Positions 30,001 to 42,000 of a DNA stretch of 64,000 bases are shown piece by piece. The notes under the pieces were generated by a model. The model was not told the DNA's origin, did no database searches, and saw only the letters and a program-made list of their open reading frames with translations. This DNA comes from Endomicrobiales bacterium (lineage in GTDB: Bacteria; Elusimicrobiota; Endomicrobiia; Endomicrobiales; JAFGIL01): the NCBI GenBank assembly GCA_016929635.1, contig JAFGIL010000039.1, positions 3,251 through 67,250 on the forward strand, in the 5' to 3' direction. Each line of letters opens with the position of its first letter. Positions within the stretch are counted from its first letter, which is position 1. A program made the translations under genes and the position numbers.

Positions 30001-33000
30001 GGGTTTTCTTATCTATTTTCTTTCTGAACATTCCTTTTTTAATAACGCCTTTTTTCTCCAGCAACGACCTTATCACTCTTTCCTGCATCTCAGCAGGCAT
30101 TTCCAGGACATCTTCCAGTGTTATTATATCTTCCAAAGGCTGGGGCTTGTAACTTACAAAAACAGGGTCTACCCAATCAGTATTATTTTTTTCTCCCGGA
30201 ATAAAAAAGTCACCCAGATCTTCAACTCCCACTAAGCCCGTGTTTCTTGACCATACATGTTCCAAGCCAACAATACTGTCAACTTCAGGAATAATTACTG
30301 CAGAGTCAGCACTTGTTAGCTTTTTAGACATGTCACTTCGTTTTTCTGCTTCATCGCGCGCCATAAAACCGGAATAAACCGGGCCTACCGCAAAATTTCT
30401 GCCCGGATTATGGACAAAAGAAGGAGTAAGCCCGATACCATGGTAACAAATGAATCTGTCTTCGCCCTCAATAGTACAGGGATGGAAAAGTGCCCTGCCC
30501 TGATAACCAACCAATTCACCTTCTCTATTCTCAAAAGCTGTCTCAAATAAAACCGAAACTTGATATTTTTCAGGTGAGTCATAAACCCTTCTTGCTTCCT
30601 CTGAATCGGAAGATATAACGAAATATGCCTGTTTCCCGTCTGAGTTAGGCTTTGCCAAAACATAAACAGGATTAAACCAGGGATATTTTTTGCTGATTTT
30701 TGCACCATACTTTACAAGTTCATCGAAGTCCGTTCCACTGCCTTTCCTTGCAACCGGGGGCAGGATGTCAGCAAACTGTCTAAGATGCACGGCTTCATGT
30801 TTTTCTATTATGTGCTTTTTCAGGTATTCCGGCAGCAGGCCAAAGGCAAGAGCATCGATATAAATAACTTTGCGCCTTTTCTCATCAACCAGATTGTTTG
30901 GATCAATACCCGCAATACCGTCGATTTTTTCACCCGGCGGGTTCTCTCTATCCTCGAAATCCCTGAACACATACCCCTGCTTTTCATATTTTTTATTTAA
31001 TTCTTCTATGACTTCCCGGATTTCCAGATTAAGTTCTTCCTGCTTCCGGGATATTGCATCATTATTTCTTTTTGAATCAGAAATGTTTATAGCGTCCTTT
31101 ATATACCCGGACTGATTCATCATTGCTAAAGAACCGGAAATTAAAACCAAGCCTGCGCTTATAGATAATGCCCTGATTAAATACATAATCCACGGCACTC
31201 CTATCCAGTTTCCAACAAGCCACAGAATTACAGGAACCAAAACTGCTCCGATTCCCGATATTACAGCTGCTATTTTTGAACCTCTGGCTGATGCAGGCAA
31301 ATTTGACATCTCTGACTGCATGGCAGCTATTTTTTCCGCTGTTTCTATATCCTCTATGTTTGCAGCAGCTTCCGGGGAAGGTTCGGTTTCAAGCCATGCT
31401 TTAATGATTTCCAGAACTTCATCAATGTGCACACTCTTATCATCTTCAGTGAAAATACGTCCACCTAAAGCTATAACATTTGCATCAAATTTTTCCCTTG
31501 CAACTACTGCAGCATCCACATTGTTTGTTACTACTCCTCTCATACCGGCAAATTTTTCCAAAGACATACAAATCCCAAATCCGGTACCACACTGAACTAT
31601 ACCCAAATCGCTTTCTCCTGATAAAACTATTCGCGCAACTTTTTGGCCGTACTCCGGATAATTTATGTTTTCACCTGCAGCTTTCTTGCTGGCTATTGTA
31701 TCCCTGTCAACACCAACAGGCTGTAAAACTATTTCTATGCCACGTTCCTTTAAAGATAGACCTAATTCTTCCACTAGTTTTTCCTGTAACGCTTCCATTA
31801 ACTCAATGGCTCCATGGTCGCAGCCAATTGCAATCCTTGTCTTACCCGCCTGCTTTTTTGCTGTCGGGCTTGGAGGAACCGGTTCCGGTATTTCCATAAA
31901 CATATCCAATCTTTCCTGGTGCCTTGGCTCTTCTATACCCTCATATGCAGTTTCGAGCCACTCCTTTTCAATCTGCGCTCTTTCTTCCGCAGTGCCTTTG
32001 CTTCTGTCTATTATCAAAATATTTGTGTCATTATGAGCCCTGCTGAGAACGGTTGTGTTTCTTTTGTCATAAGTTATAGTTGGAGTCAGATCCGCAATTA
32101 CAGCCCTGACTGCGCGGAATTTGTTTGCAGCAACAAATGTACCTATAGCCTGTTCTGTTGTGTCGCAATAAATAATCGCCCTTTCTCGTTCCCCTCTTGA
32201 TACTTCCTGCGCAACTTCTACTGCATGCCTTATGTAATCATGATTTATTTTATTGATCAGAGTCTGTAAGGACTCTGCCATGCTATTAGCAACAGGTTCA
32301 GTTTCAGTCTTTAAAGGAAAGGTAACTTTAATGGTATAGTTCTTTTTCCCGCGTTTAGTAACCGCTAGTGCACCGCCCAACTCTTCAAGCACAGCATCTA
32401 TAAAATCAGCTCCTATTTGTTTAAATCTTGTAGGGCTGAATACATTGTTTGTGTCTATTTGAATAACCAGATTTCCATCTTCATTATATGTATTGATATA
32501 AAACTCAAGCCCATTCTGGTTCCTGAAGGGTACGAACAAAGCTAATAAAAGATAAGCAAGTTTATCCTGAGATACATCCAACTCGCCTTCCGCGCGCAAT
32601 CCGGTTCTCACTGTTATATCATAACGATCTGCATAGTATTTTGAGAAAACCAATCCGGATATTTTTGACACAACATCATTTACATCAACAGATCCTCTGG
32701 CTTTATGCTCAAGCAGAAGTTTTATTCCATCTGCAAAATTGCTGACATCTTCCATGCCTTCAATTATTTCTTCAACATTGTCAGGCTCCTGTTCTATTAA
32801 GGCTTTAAGAATGTATAAATTTCTTTCTATATAATCTATTATCTCCTTAAAATGCTCTATAGCACCTTTGCTGTCAACTTTCCCCAGAGATATCTTCTTA
32901 TCCCGGTTGGCAGCAGGTGAGATGTAATCCCATTGAGCCCTGAGTTCTTTAAATACTTTTTTAGCCTTTAAACCTTGTACTTGTAAATCTTCATTGTTGA

Positions 33001-36000
33001 CGATTAACTGACTACCGAAACCATACAAATAAAGGTATTCCAGATAATCCTGATGAGGGAAAATTTCCAGAAGCGCGCGGCGGTCAACATTGGTCGATAC
33101 TGATTTACCCGCTTTTGACCCGGCTAAAGCAAACAAGCCGAAAAGTCTGGCTATAACGTTGTTCCAGACAAGGTGCAAAACAAAAATTGATACAAACAAT
33201 CCAGGAATAGTTAAAAACTGAGGAAGTAAAATGGGAAGCAAGGATGATATGTTTATCCCAAATATGTGAAGCAGTACAGGCGTATGTATTGTTAATGCTC
33301 CTATTAATCCAACACCGAATCTGGCAGGTATACTTGCTGGTTTTTCATCCGGTAGCCACTCCACTAAATCTCTATTGTATCTGAATAATCTTTTATGTAA
33401 CAAACCAAATATTGTATTTAATCCTGCATAAAGCACTAACCTGAAAGTCTTACTCATTAATACATCTTTTATGCTCAAAACAATGCTTGCATCCACTCCT
33501 AAAAACCCGAGAATCAAAGGCACACCGTAAACCACACCTATATAACCAATCCAGAAACCCAAAGATTCAAACAGCGGTTTCCATAAACGGATGAGTCTGT
33601 CCGATCGCTTTTTTTCTTTCATTCCATTTTCGGTTACTGCGAATGCACTGTAAATACACAGCGCCTTCCATAATTCAGTTGCCGGGTTGTTTGCATTAAT
33701 CGCACCTAAATCCCGGTCTTGACTATTATATGAATTGCCTATCATTAGTCCGTTACGCGGACTCTTCTTCCTGAAATACTCTCTTTTTGGATCCAATTCC
33801 TCTAACGTTTCCAGAGAAAGTATTTCAACTTCGGAACCGGGAAACATGGAATGGAGTCTTTCCATGGCTTCCTCATCCTGTGAAGCAACGTCTTCTGCAT
33901 GCTGGCCGCTTAAGAAATAAACAAGCTGGTCTGCCATTAATTGCCATCCTTCATCACCAATGACAGAATCCAACCCGGATATTTCACTTCCACTGAAATC
34001 AACAAATGCCTGATTAAAAGTATCTTTTAAGGAAACAGCCAATTTCTGTCTCCTATCCTCTGCACCTAAATAAACAAAAGGCTCTTCAGTATCCATCCAC
34101 GACAATCTTGTCAGCACAAGAGAAAGTAAATATGCTCCAAAATAGTAGTAAGCTATCTTTTTCGGATCAGCACCTACTAAACCCGTATCTGTCCTATCAT
34201 GGGGCCTTTCGCGCCCTACCGTGGAGAAATACCGACGATTATATCGGCCTTCGGAGATTGCAGAAATTGTTGTAAGTTTTTCAACGTCCGCAAATCCTGC
34301 TAACCTATAATTTGAGAACCTGGCCGATTTCAACGGTGCAGACATCCTGCCGAACAGCATCCAGTTCCAAGAAGCCTCGTCAAGCCTGTTTGCCGCTGTG
34401 TTTGCGCCGGTTCTTGCTCTCTCTTCCCCCCGAAGCATTAATTCTTCATGGTATAAATAAATTGTATCCGGATGTACTATCCCGTATTCTAAAAGCTTCA
34501 TCATATCATTAATAATCATCCTGTTTGCATTTTCAAATTGTGTCGAATCAATATCTTCTCCAAGAAGTTCCCTGACTAACTCCATGTCTGCCTTACTACT
34601 GTCCATTCCGGCTGATCCATCAAGATACATAAGAGTCTCTCTGGTTTCTTCAAGTACCAAAACAGTGTAGTAACCATCTGCCTGTGCTAGGCTGATTTGC
34701 TCCCCGGTCTTAGTCACGGTTTCACTTTCCGGAATTCTTACACGATAAATGCTCCCATCGTTTCCTGCAGGTCTTGCCCATTCTCCTTTTAAACCATCTT
34801 TTATACCCGCTGCCCGTTCCCTGTCTTTAAGGGCATGCAGGAACTCCAGATTATTTCTTTCCCTGGCCAATGCTTCGACATCTTCGTCTTCTTTTTGAAT
34901 CTTAAGGGAAAAATATGTGCCATCCTGCCTTTTATACAGGACTTTACGCCCCCATGTTGTAACATAAGTCCCCATGCGTTCAACCCCTTCTGCAGCATCT
35001 ATAGTTTTAAAAAGACTGTTTACATCCTCATATGCCGGCAATAAATCGGCATCAACGGGTTCGGGTTCTTCCGGAAATTTCACACCCCTGGGCAATGGCT
35101 TGAACTTCAATGATGGGGAGTTACGCAACAGGGAGCGAGTAAATTCATACCAGTTTTCCCTTGCCTGCCCCTCAGCTCTTAAGACTATCGATTGCAAACG
35201 CAAAAACCGTCTTAATACATCCGATCTTACAGTTTGAATAATCTCTCGGACCCCTCTGTTTGCCGGAGCATTAATAATCCTGTTTACTGTTGACAGAGTG
35301 ATATTACCTGACACGGTTCCGATTCTTGCCCTCAGGTTTGCATTGTCAAGCGGAACGCTTTCCAGAATCTCTGCAAGATAAGGGACAGCAGCCTGATCCC
35401 CGATTCTTTCCAATGCACCAACCGCATACATTTTTACTGTATTATCTTCATCATATCTTACCCTGTCAAGCAGAGGACCTACTGCTTCTGTAGTCCTTAT
35501 TTCCCCCAAAGCGTCCGCCGAAGCGAGCCGCACGTCGGGACTCTCATCTGTAGATAATTTTTCAATCAGAATTGAAACAGCCCTTGGACTTCTAATCAGC
35601 CCCAATGACTTAGCTGAAACTGTTCTTACCTTATAGTCCTCATCATTGCGCAGCCTCTCAACAAGATAATCAACCGCTTTCGGACTTCCCTGCTCTCCTA
35701 AAGCCTCGGCAGCAGAAACTCTAACCTCACTGATCGGGTCATTTAACAGGCTATTAGCAAGAGCTTTAAATACTTTTGATTTTCTTACTTTACCCAGCGC
35801 AGCGGCAGCTTTTGCCCGCACATCACCACTTTGATCATTCTCCAGTAGCTCAATAATGAAATCAGTTTCTCTTCTAATATCGGCTTCGCGCATATGCCCG
35901 ATTAAAACGCTTCTTTCATTATCTTTCTTGCCGCTATTATTCTTCAACCAGGCAATTAACTCAGGGAACATAGGCCTATTAAAATCAAGAATGCCATATA

Positions 36001-39000
36001 ACGTAAGATAAAAACCTTCATCCAATAACTCAACGGCAAATTCGGCAACCCTTTGGGTCCCTATGCCGGCAAGGGCATAACCAATAACATAAGATAAGTC
36101 TTTGCTCGGGATTCCGATTGATAAATTCCTATGGAACAAATCTATTATAGGCCCTACTGCTTTTTCATCATTTATTTCTCCCAATAATCGAACGGCAAAA
36201 ATCTGCACGACGATGGCTTCATCTTCATTCACTCTCTCAATAATGACATCAACCGCTTTCGGATATTTCATTTTTACTAATGATTCCATGGCTTCGTTTC
36301 TAACAAACGGATCTGAATCATTTCTCAACCTGTCTAAAAGAATCTCATATGCTTCATCTGTTTCCATGCCAGCCATTGATTTTAGAGTTAGATAACGTAT
36401 ACTTGCATCATCTTTACTTTCAATATATCTGCTTAATATAAATTTATGTATCGCGGTGTCTTTCTTATCCTGTATTCTTCCTATGGCTCTTACCGTTCGC
36501 TGGATAACTTCGCTATCCTTTTCTTCCTTCACTATTTCGCCGAATACGTCAAGGGCTTCCTTATAATTATTTTCTCCCAACCAATCAACAGCCAACATTC
36601 TGGCTTCTTTTTCCTTATTATGCGTTTGTCTCAGCCATTCGATGATAACTGGAACCGCAGGTCTGCCTAATTCAAAAAGGTCGCGAAGTATTTTTAAGGG
36701 ATATCTGCTTGCTATTAATTTCTCAGATAAATTTTGCAGGCGTTTCTCCAATTTCTCGTCTTTTAATTCCTGAATGCGCCTTCTTCTCCATGCCATGAAC
36801 TCATACCAGCTTATCAAAGCAGTAATTACAGGAATAGAAACTGCTATTGCTATCAGTACCCAAACACCCGATGCAAATCCGCTAAAGACTAAAATCATCC
36901 CTATGCCGGCTCCTAAAAATACTGGCAATATGCGGTTAATCAAATATGCCGGGAACTCAATTTTTAAGGTACTTTTTGATTTATCTGGATGGATTAAATG
37001 ATATGCTTCGAATCCTATAATGCCTTGTGCATAAAGAAATGCTTTACCCAATCTCGGGTATTCTGAAAGGATTGCATGTACGAAAGGATTAACATGAATT
37101 GTATTTTTACTTGCTTCCGGAACTTCAAAGAAACCTGTTTTTTCTCTTGAAACGAATTTTATGCCCTCTATGCCTTTTATTAATGTTTCCTTTCCTTCAG
37201 GGCTTGCTCTCATTCCAAGAGCCCGAGTTATCCATACTACTACGTTACTCCTGCCCATAAACCATACCGGCCATAATAAAAGGGCTGCGGTTAATAATAT
37301 GACAAGAGGTAAAGAAGCGGCAGAAGCCATCGATATTTCCTGTGTTGCAAAATATCCACCTTCTCTTTCCTTAACGGAAACAATTCCGTCATTGCCCGGC
37401 CCGTCAAACCAGTAAAGTATCTTGTAATCCCCCGTTCTTTCATCATGAACACCTGCTCTTACTGTATATTTGAATGTTCCGGTTTCAAGCGGCGTAAAGG
37501 TAATCCCATACTGCCATACTTCGCGGCCTTCGATGCTGCTTATCTGTCTTAAAGGTGTCATCTTATGAGCCCGCCATTCTCCCGTGAAATTAGACCACAG
37601 CTCCACGGTTGCAGCGCGCGGCGATAAATCATGAATTCCTAAATCAACCGTTACGGTTACTTCTCCCCCCTGCTCCACATTGGTTATTACAGAACGGCCC
37701 GGCTGCATATTTTCTAGAGAATCAATTTTCCCGGCTTTGTATACCGGCAGGTATAAATGATTGTAATAATCCTTAACCATTCTTACCGCAGACATTTCGC
37801 CTTCGCTTGATTTAAACGCATTCCAAGAGACATCTCTCCATGCGTCTGCATCGTTATAATAAATATCTGATATCTTCCTCAGCATGTCCATTAGTGCTTC
37901 CCTGTTGTCTTGGGCCATCATAAAACCGTTCCCATTGCCTGTTTCAGGATCAAACTCTTTAATATGCTCAAGAGGCGCTCCGTCCTGAGAGTTAGCTGAA
38001 GGCACCCCGTTTATCGAAGCCATCTGGAAGCTTGTACCTGATGCTTCTTCCCTGAGCCTCGGTATATGTAATATGAAATCTCCTCCGGCAAACAACATAC
38101 GGTTAACGGATAAATCGCCTTCGTCATATCCGGGAATATATACTATTTTTCCGGGATACTTTTCCTGTAACGATTTTATTGATTTAATCATCCACAATCC
38201 GTAATCTCCATAGGGATTTCCTGCAACCACAAGCTGCATGCCAAGCCCGCCTTCCTCTTTATCCTTTAACATAAGATCTACAATCCCATCATCACTTAAT
38301 ATCATCCACAACCTTTTGTACTCCACCATCCTTCTGGTAAACAAAGCAACCGGTTTATCTTCGTCAAGTTCCACGCCGGTGAGCTCTTTTACTCTTCCAA
38401 TCATATCTCCTTTTAATCTCTTTTTGACTTCAGCCAGCTTTGCTTTACTCCTCACCTTTTTCAAATCAGGATGCCTCCAGAATCCTATGTGAGACCCGTT
38501 TGTTACTGAATGAATGACGTGAGAAAACTCCGGGAACATGTCGCGAGAAACTTCTTCGTGTTTTTCGCTAACCCCATAAATCATACCATGATCACCCTGC
38601 ATCAGGTTCATAGCTCCCTGGGTTAGCTGCATCCTGCCGTCTCTTACAAATGCTCCCCTGTACTTATCAGGTATTCCTGTCCGGTTCCACCAGCCTTCTT
38701 CATAGCTTCTTAATGCTGCTTTTACAGGGGTATGCGTGGCAAATACATATCGTGTATCTTTGAAATGCTCATCATCCATAGCAAAAGGCGCTGTAAATGA
38801 GGTAGCTGCTTCATTCATATGTATTACTGTAGGTTGAATTTGTAATGCTTTTAAAACCTCCACGGAACCCTTACCGAGAAGCAGCTCCTGCCTGAATCTA
38901 TCCCAAGGCCAATCCGGGTACAATTCATAGTTGATACTCGGACAATCAAGATAATATACGGTTGAAGCACCTTTTTCTCCTTTTATTACCTGTTTCCATA

Positions 39001-42000
39001 CTTTTACCTTTATTTTTTCACCAGTTATATCTAACTCCACTTCTAACGGAACTTCTTCGCCTCTTTCATCACGTGCCATTACCTGTTCTATTCCATCTAC
39101 CTTGCTGTAATCTGATTTATAGAAACCCCTGGTATATGTACCATTTTCCTGTTCTACCGGATGCCTTCCTCCCTGATATAAAAGTGTCATAAATATCATG
39201 TTCGAATCAGCAACGTCTGATGCGGCATAAGCTGTATCAGCTGCCAGCTTCCCGAGCCCGCCGGCAAAAACCGTATTTTGTATGGCTATTTCTGAGGTTA
39301 CATATACAATCGGTTTCTGCTTTAGTTCATTAGGTATGCCTGCGATCAACCTGTTTTTTATAGAGTTGTATAGAGGATTAATTATTACATTAAAAGTCAT
39401 ACCTACCAAACCACCTACAAAGTTTATCACAGGCACTACCGGCAACAGGATTATATTCACTGCATAATGCGGGACTACTGTGAGGGATTCAAAGAATGTC
39501 AGGTCCATTTTCAAATTTATGATTCCTAATAAAATCATGTATATAAATGAACCTATCCATAAACCAGGCGAGATTCCTGCTAAACCTGCACTTACCAATG
39601 TAGCTACACTTACTATGGGCAGAGCTATGCTTAATCCGTATATTACTAATGTTACAAGCCCAAGCCACCCGGCATACAAAACTGATAATTTTTCCCCTTC
39701 ACGGGCATGGCCTTGTATAAACTCCCTAAAATTCCATATCTTCGGAGCTTCATGAACGCCTGCAATGCTGAACGAAACAATGCCAACCACTGCTTTGAAC
39801 AATGCATAAACCCACAAATTCAATCTTGCAGGCGGTTGTTCTATATCAACATCTGTATTTCGTTGCACCCATTGCCAGAATTTTGAATTTAATACAATTT
39901 CTTCGGCTTGGTACTTTGTATCAGTCTGAATCCCGTATCCAGCAACACGTGATTCTTCTGAAGTAATAATAGTGACTTTAAGCCCTATCTTTTTTCCTTC
40001 ATCTAAACCCTGCAGAACATATGAATTCCACATCGATTTAATATACGATTGAAAACCCTGTACATTTCCTCTTTTTGAATTGACAATGACTTCAATGGTC
40101 CCCCTGGGATATCTGGACGTCCTGGCCCATTTTACATCATATACCTTTACAAACATTCTTCTGGCTAAATCCTTAATTACCGCTGTAGCTTTTTTAAGAA
40201 CAAGTGCTTTTTCTTCCGGGCCGAAATCTTTTATTTCTTCAGTTCTTTTTGAAACAGGGCGCGCTTGAGGTGTTCTATCAGATAACTCGCCGGTTTTTTC
40301 TAAATATTTAATTACTCCATTAAAAGTAATGTCATCCCTTATAGAGCTGAGCAGATATCCTGCAGGCCAGTCTTCCTTATCCAGAGAGCCGTCTTCTAAA
40401 AGCTTTACATAGAACGGATGCTCTTCCCATTCCCACTCGATACCTTCAAGATCAATCCCATGCCTTTCAACAATTATGCCATACTTCTTCTCCTGAGCGT
40501 ACTTTGTCAAACCATCTGTTTTTATATCTACCAGACTAGGGCTTGAGGCTAAACCATCACGTCTAAGCAGGATATTGAATGGCTCTGAAACAACATCCTC
40601 CATTCTTGTCTCTTCCCTGAAATACTCAAAAACTGCAGACACAAAAAGAGGGGTCTTGCCTGAACCAAAAGTATCTACAAACTTTACCCTTTTCCTTCCT
40701 GAAGCAAGAACCCCTGTGTCCAGAATCTGCCTGTAGAGCCTGCTCGCCTGTTCAAAAGCCTCCAGGTCGCTATCAAACAATCTTTTGGCCCGTGCATTAA
40801 ATTCTTTTTGAAACGCAGCAAAGTCATCTTCCCCAATATCTTCCTTAACCGATAAATATACACCATGCATTTTAGAGTATATCTCTTGTTCATTTTTAAA
40901 CGGATAAACTAATCCGGCCCTTTTCGGTCCGTCTCTGATCTCCTGCATATAAACATCGGTTTCAAATAAATAGCCTGCATCTCTGGCTATATAAACAGCA
41001 AACACTTCATCAGAACCTTCATGTATTATATTATCAACAACTGCTGCTGCTTGCCTTGATTTTTCAACCGTTCCATCTAAATCCGTAAAATCATCCATAG
41101 AGGCAACAAGTGAAAAGCAATCTCTAAACCTTTCCGGGGAAACACCCTTCCTGTCCAGATAATCTTCTACAAACCCATCAATAATGCTGCTAAGGATTGT
41201 CTTACCACCAAAAATCTCTCCCATAATCTCCTGAACTATTCCGACTTCCAGTCTTTCTTGTTCAGTTATGTCTCCGGCTCTTACTTCGGCCAGTTTCCTG
41301 CGAAATCTTTTTCTCATTTCTGTTCTGTTTATTGCATTCCTTCTGCCTTTTGATATCTCAGCAGCTAATCCCGTATAAGCATCTTCAAGCTCTTTATGAT
41401 TCATATTCGCCGTTACAGGAACATCCCACGGTTCTGAAGGGAAACATTCCTTTCTTATTACTTCAAGCATAAAATACAGTTTTCCAAATCCCCTTAATAC
41501 AACATCTGCAACACTAGGCAATAAATCCAATGTCTCCGTTCCTGTGTACAACTCGAGAAATCCCCGCGCTCCTGCAATCGAAGTCCTTGACCAATGGCTG
41601 AAGTGACTCAAAAATTCATCCATATTTAAAACTTCGCCTATTGCCACTATATTTGCAAACTCAAAATTTATTCTATCTATTGCAACAAGCAGATCATTAA
41701 CACTCTGCCGAATTAACTCCATATCAGCGGCTTTGCCCCTGCTACTCTCTGCCAATATTCGGTTTATGGTTTCTTCAACGACAGATGTTTCCTTCTCAAT
41801 ATAAGAGATTAACTCGTTTAATCCATTCCTTAAATCGCTTTCTTCCCATGCCCTGCCGTAATACTGCGTAAACCACAGCAAAAACCACTGGCCGGCAAGC
41901 CTTTCTGCAAGCTTAATATTCTCCGGGTAGTACTCGGCAAGTTTTCTTTGCATCTCTAATTCATGGAGGAACTCAATAAAATGATGGAAATTATCAGTGG

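Noticed and set aside
30786-30800. An HExxH string (KHEAVHL) in the giant protein, which could indicate a zincin metalloprotease.
   Set aside because: The five-residue pattern is common by chance. I recognised no third ligand or Met-turn context. It is worth checking by profile search only.
32290-32650. A GHKL/HATPase_c-like stretch (…GADFIDAVLEELGGALAVTKRGKKNYTIKVTFPL) in the giant protein.
   Set aside because: Only the C-terminal G2-box/beta-strand region looks similar. The N-box and G1-box were not identifiable by eye, so the evidence is too weak for a feature call.
40640-40680. A Walker-A-like string, VDTFGSGKTPLF, in the giant protein.
   Set aside because: The first position of the [AG]xxxxGK[ST] pattern is Asp. 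I could find no Walker B or other NTPase motif at the expected distance. A chance GSGKT is plausible in 7,378 residues.
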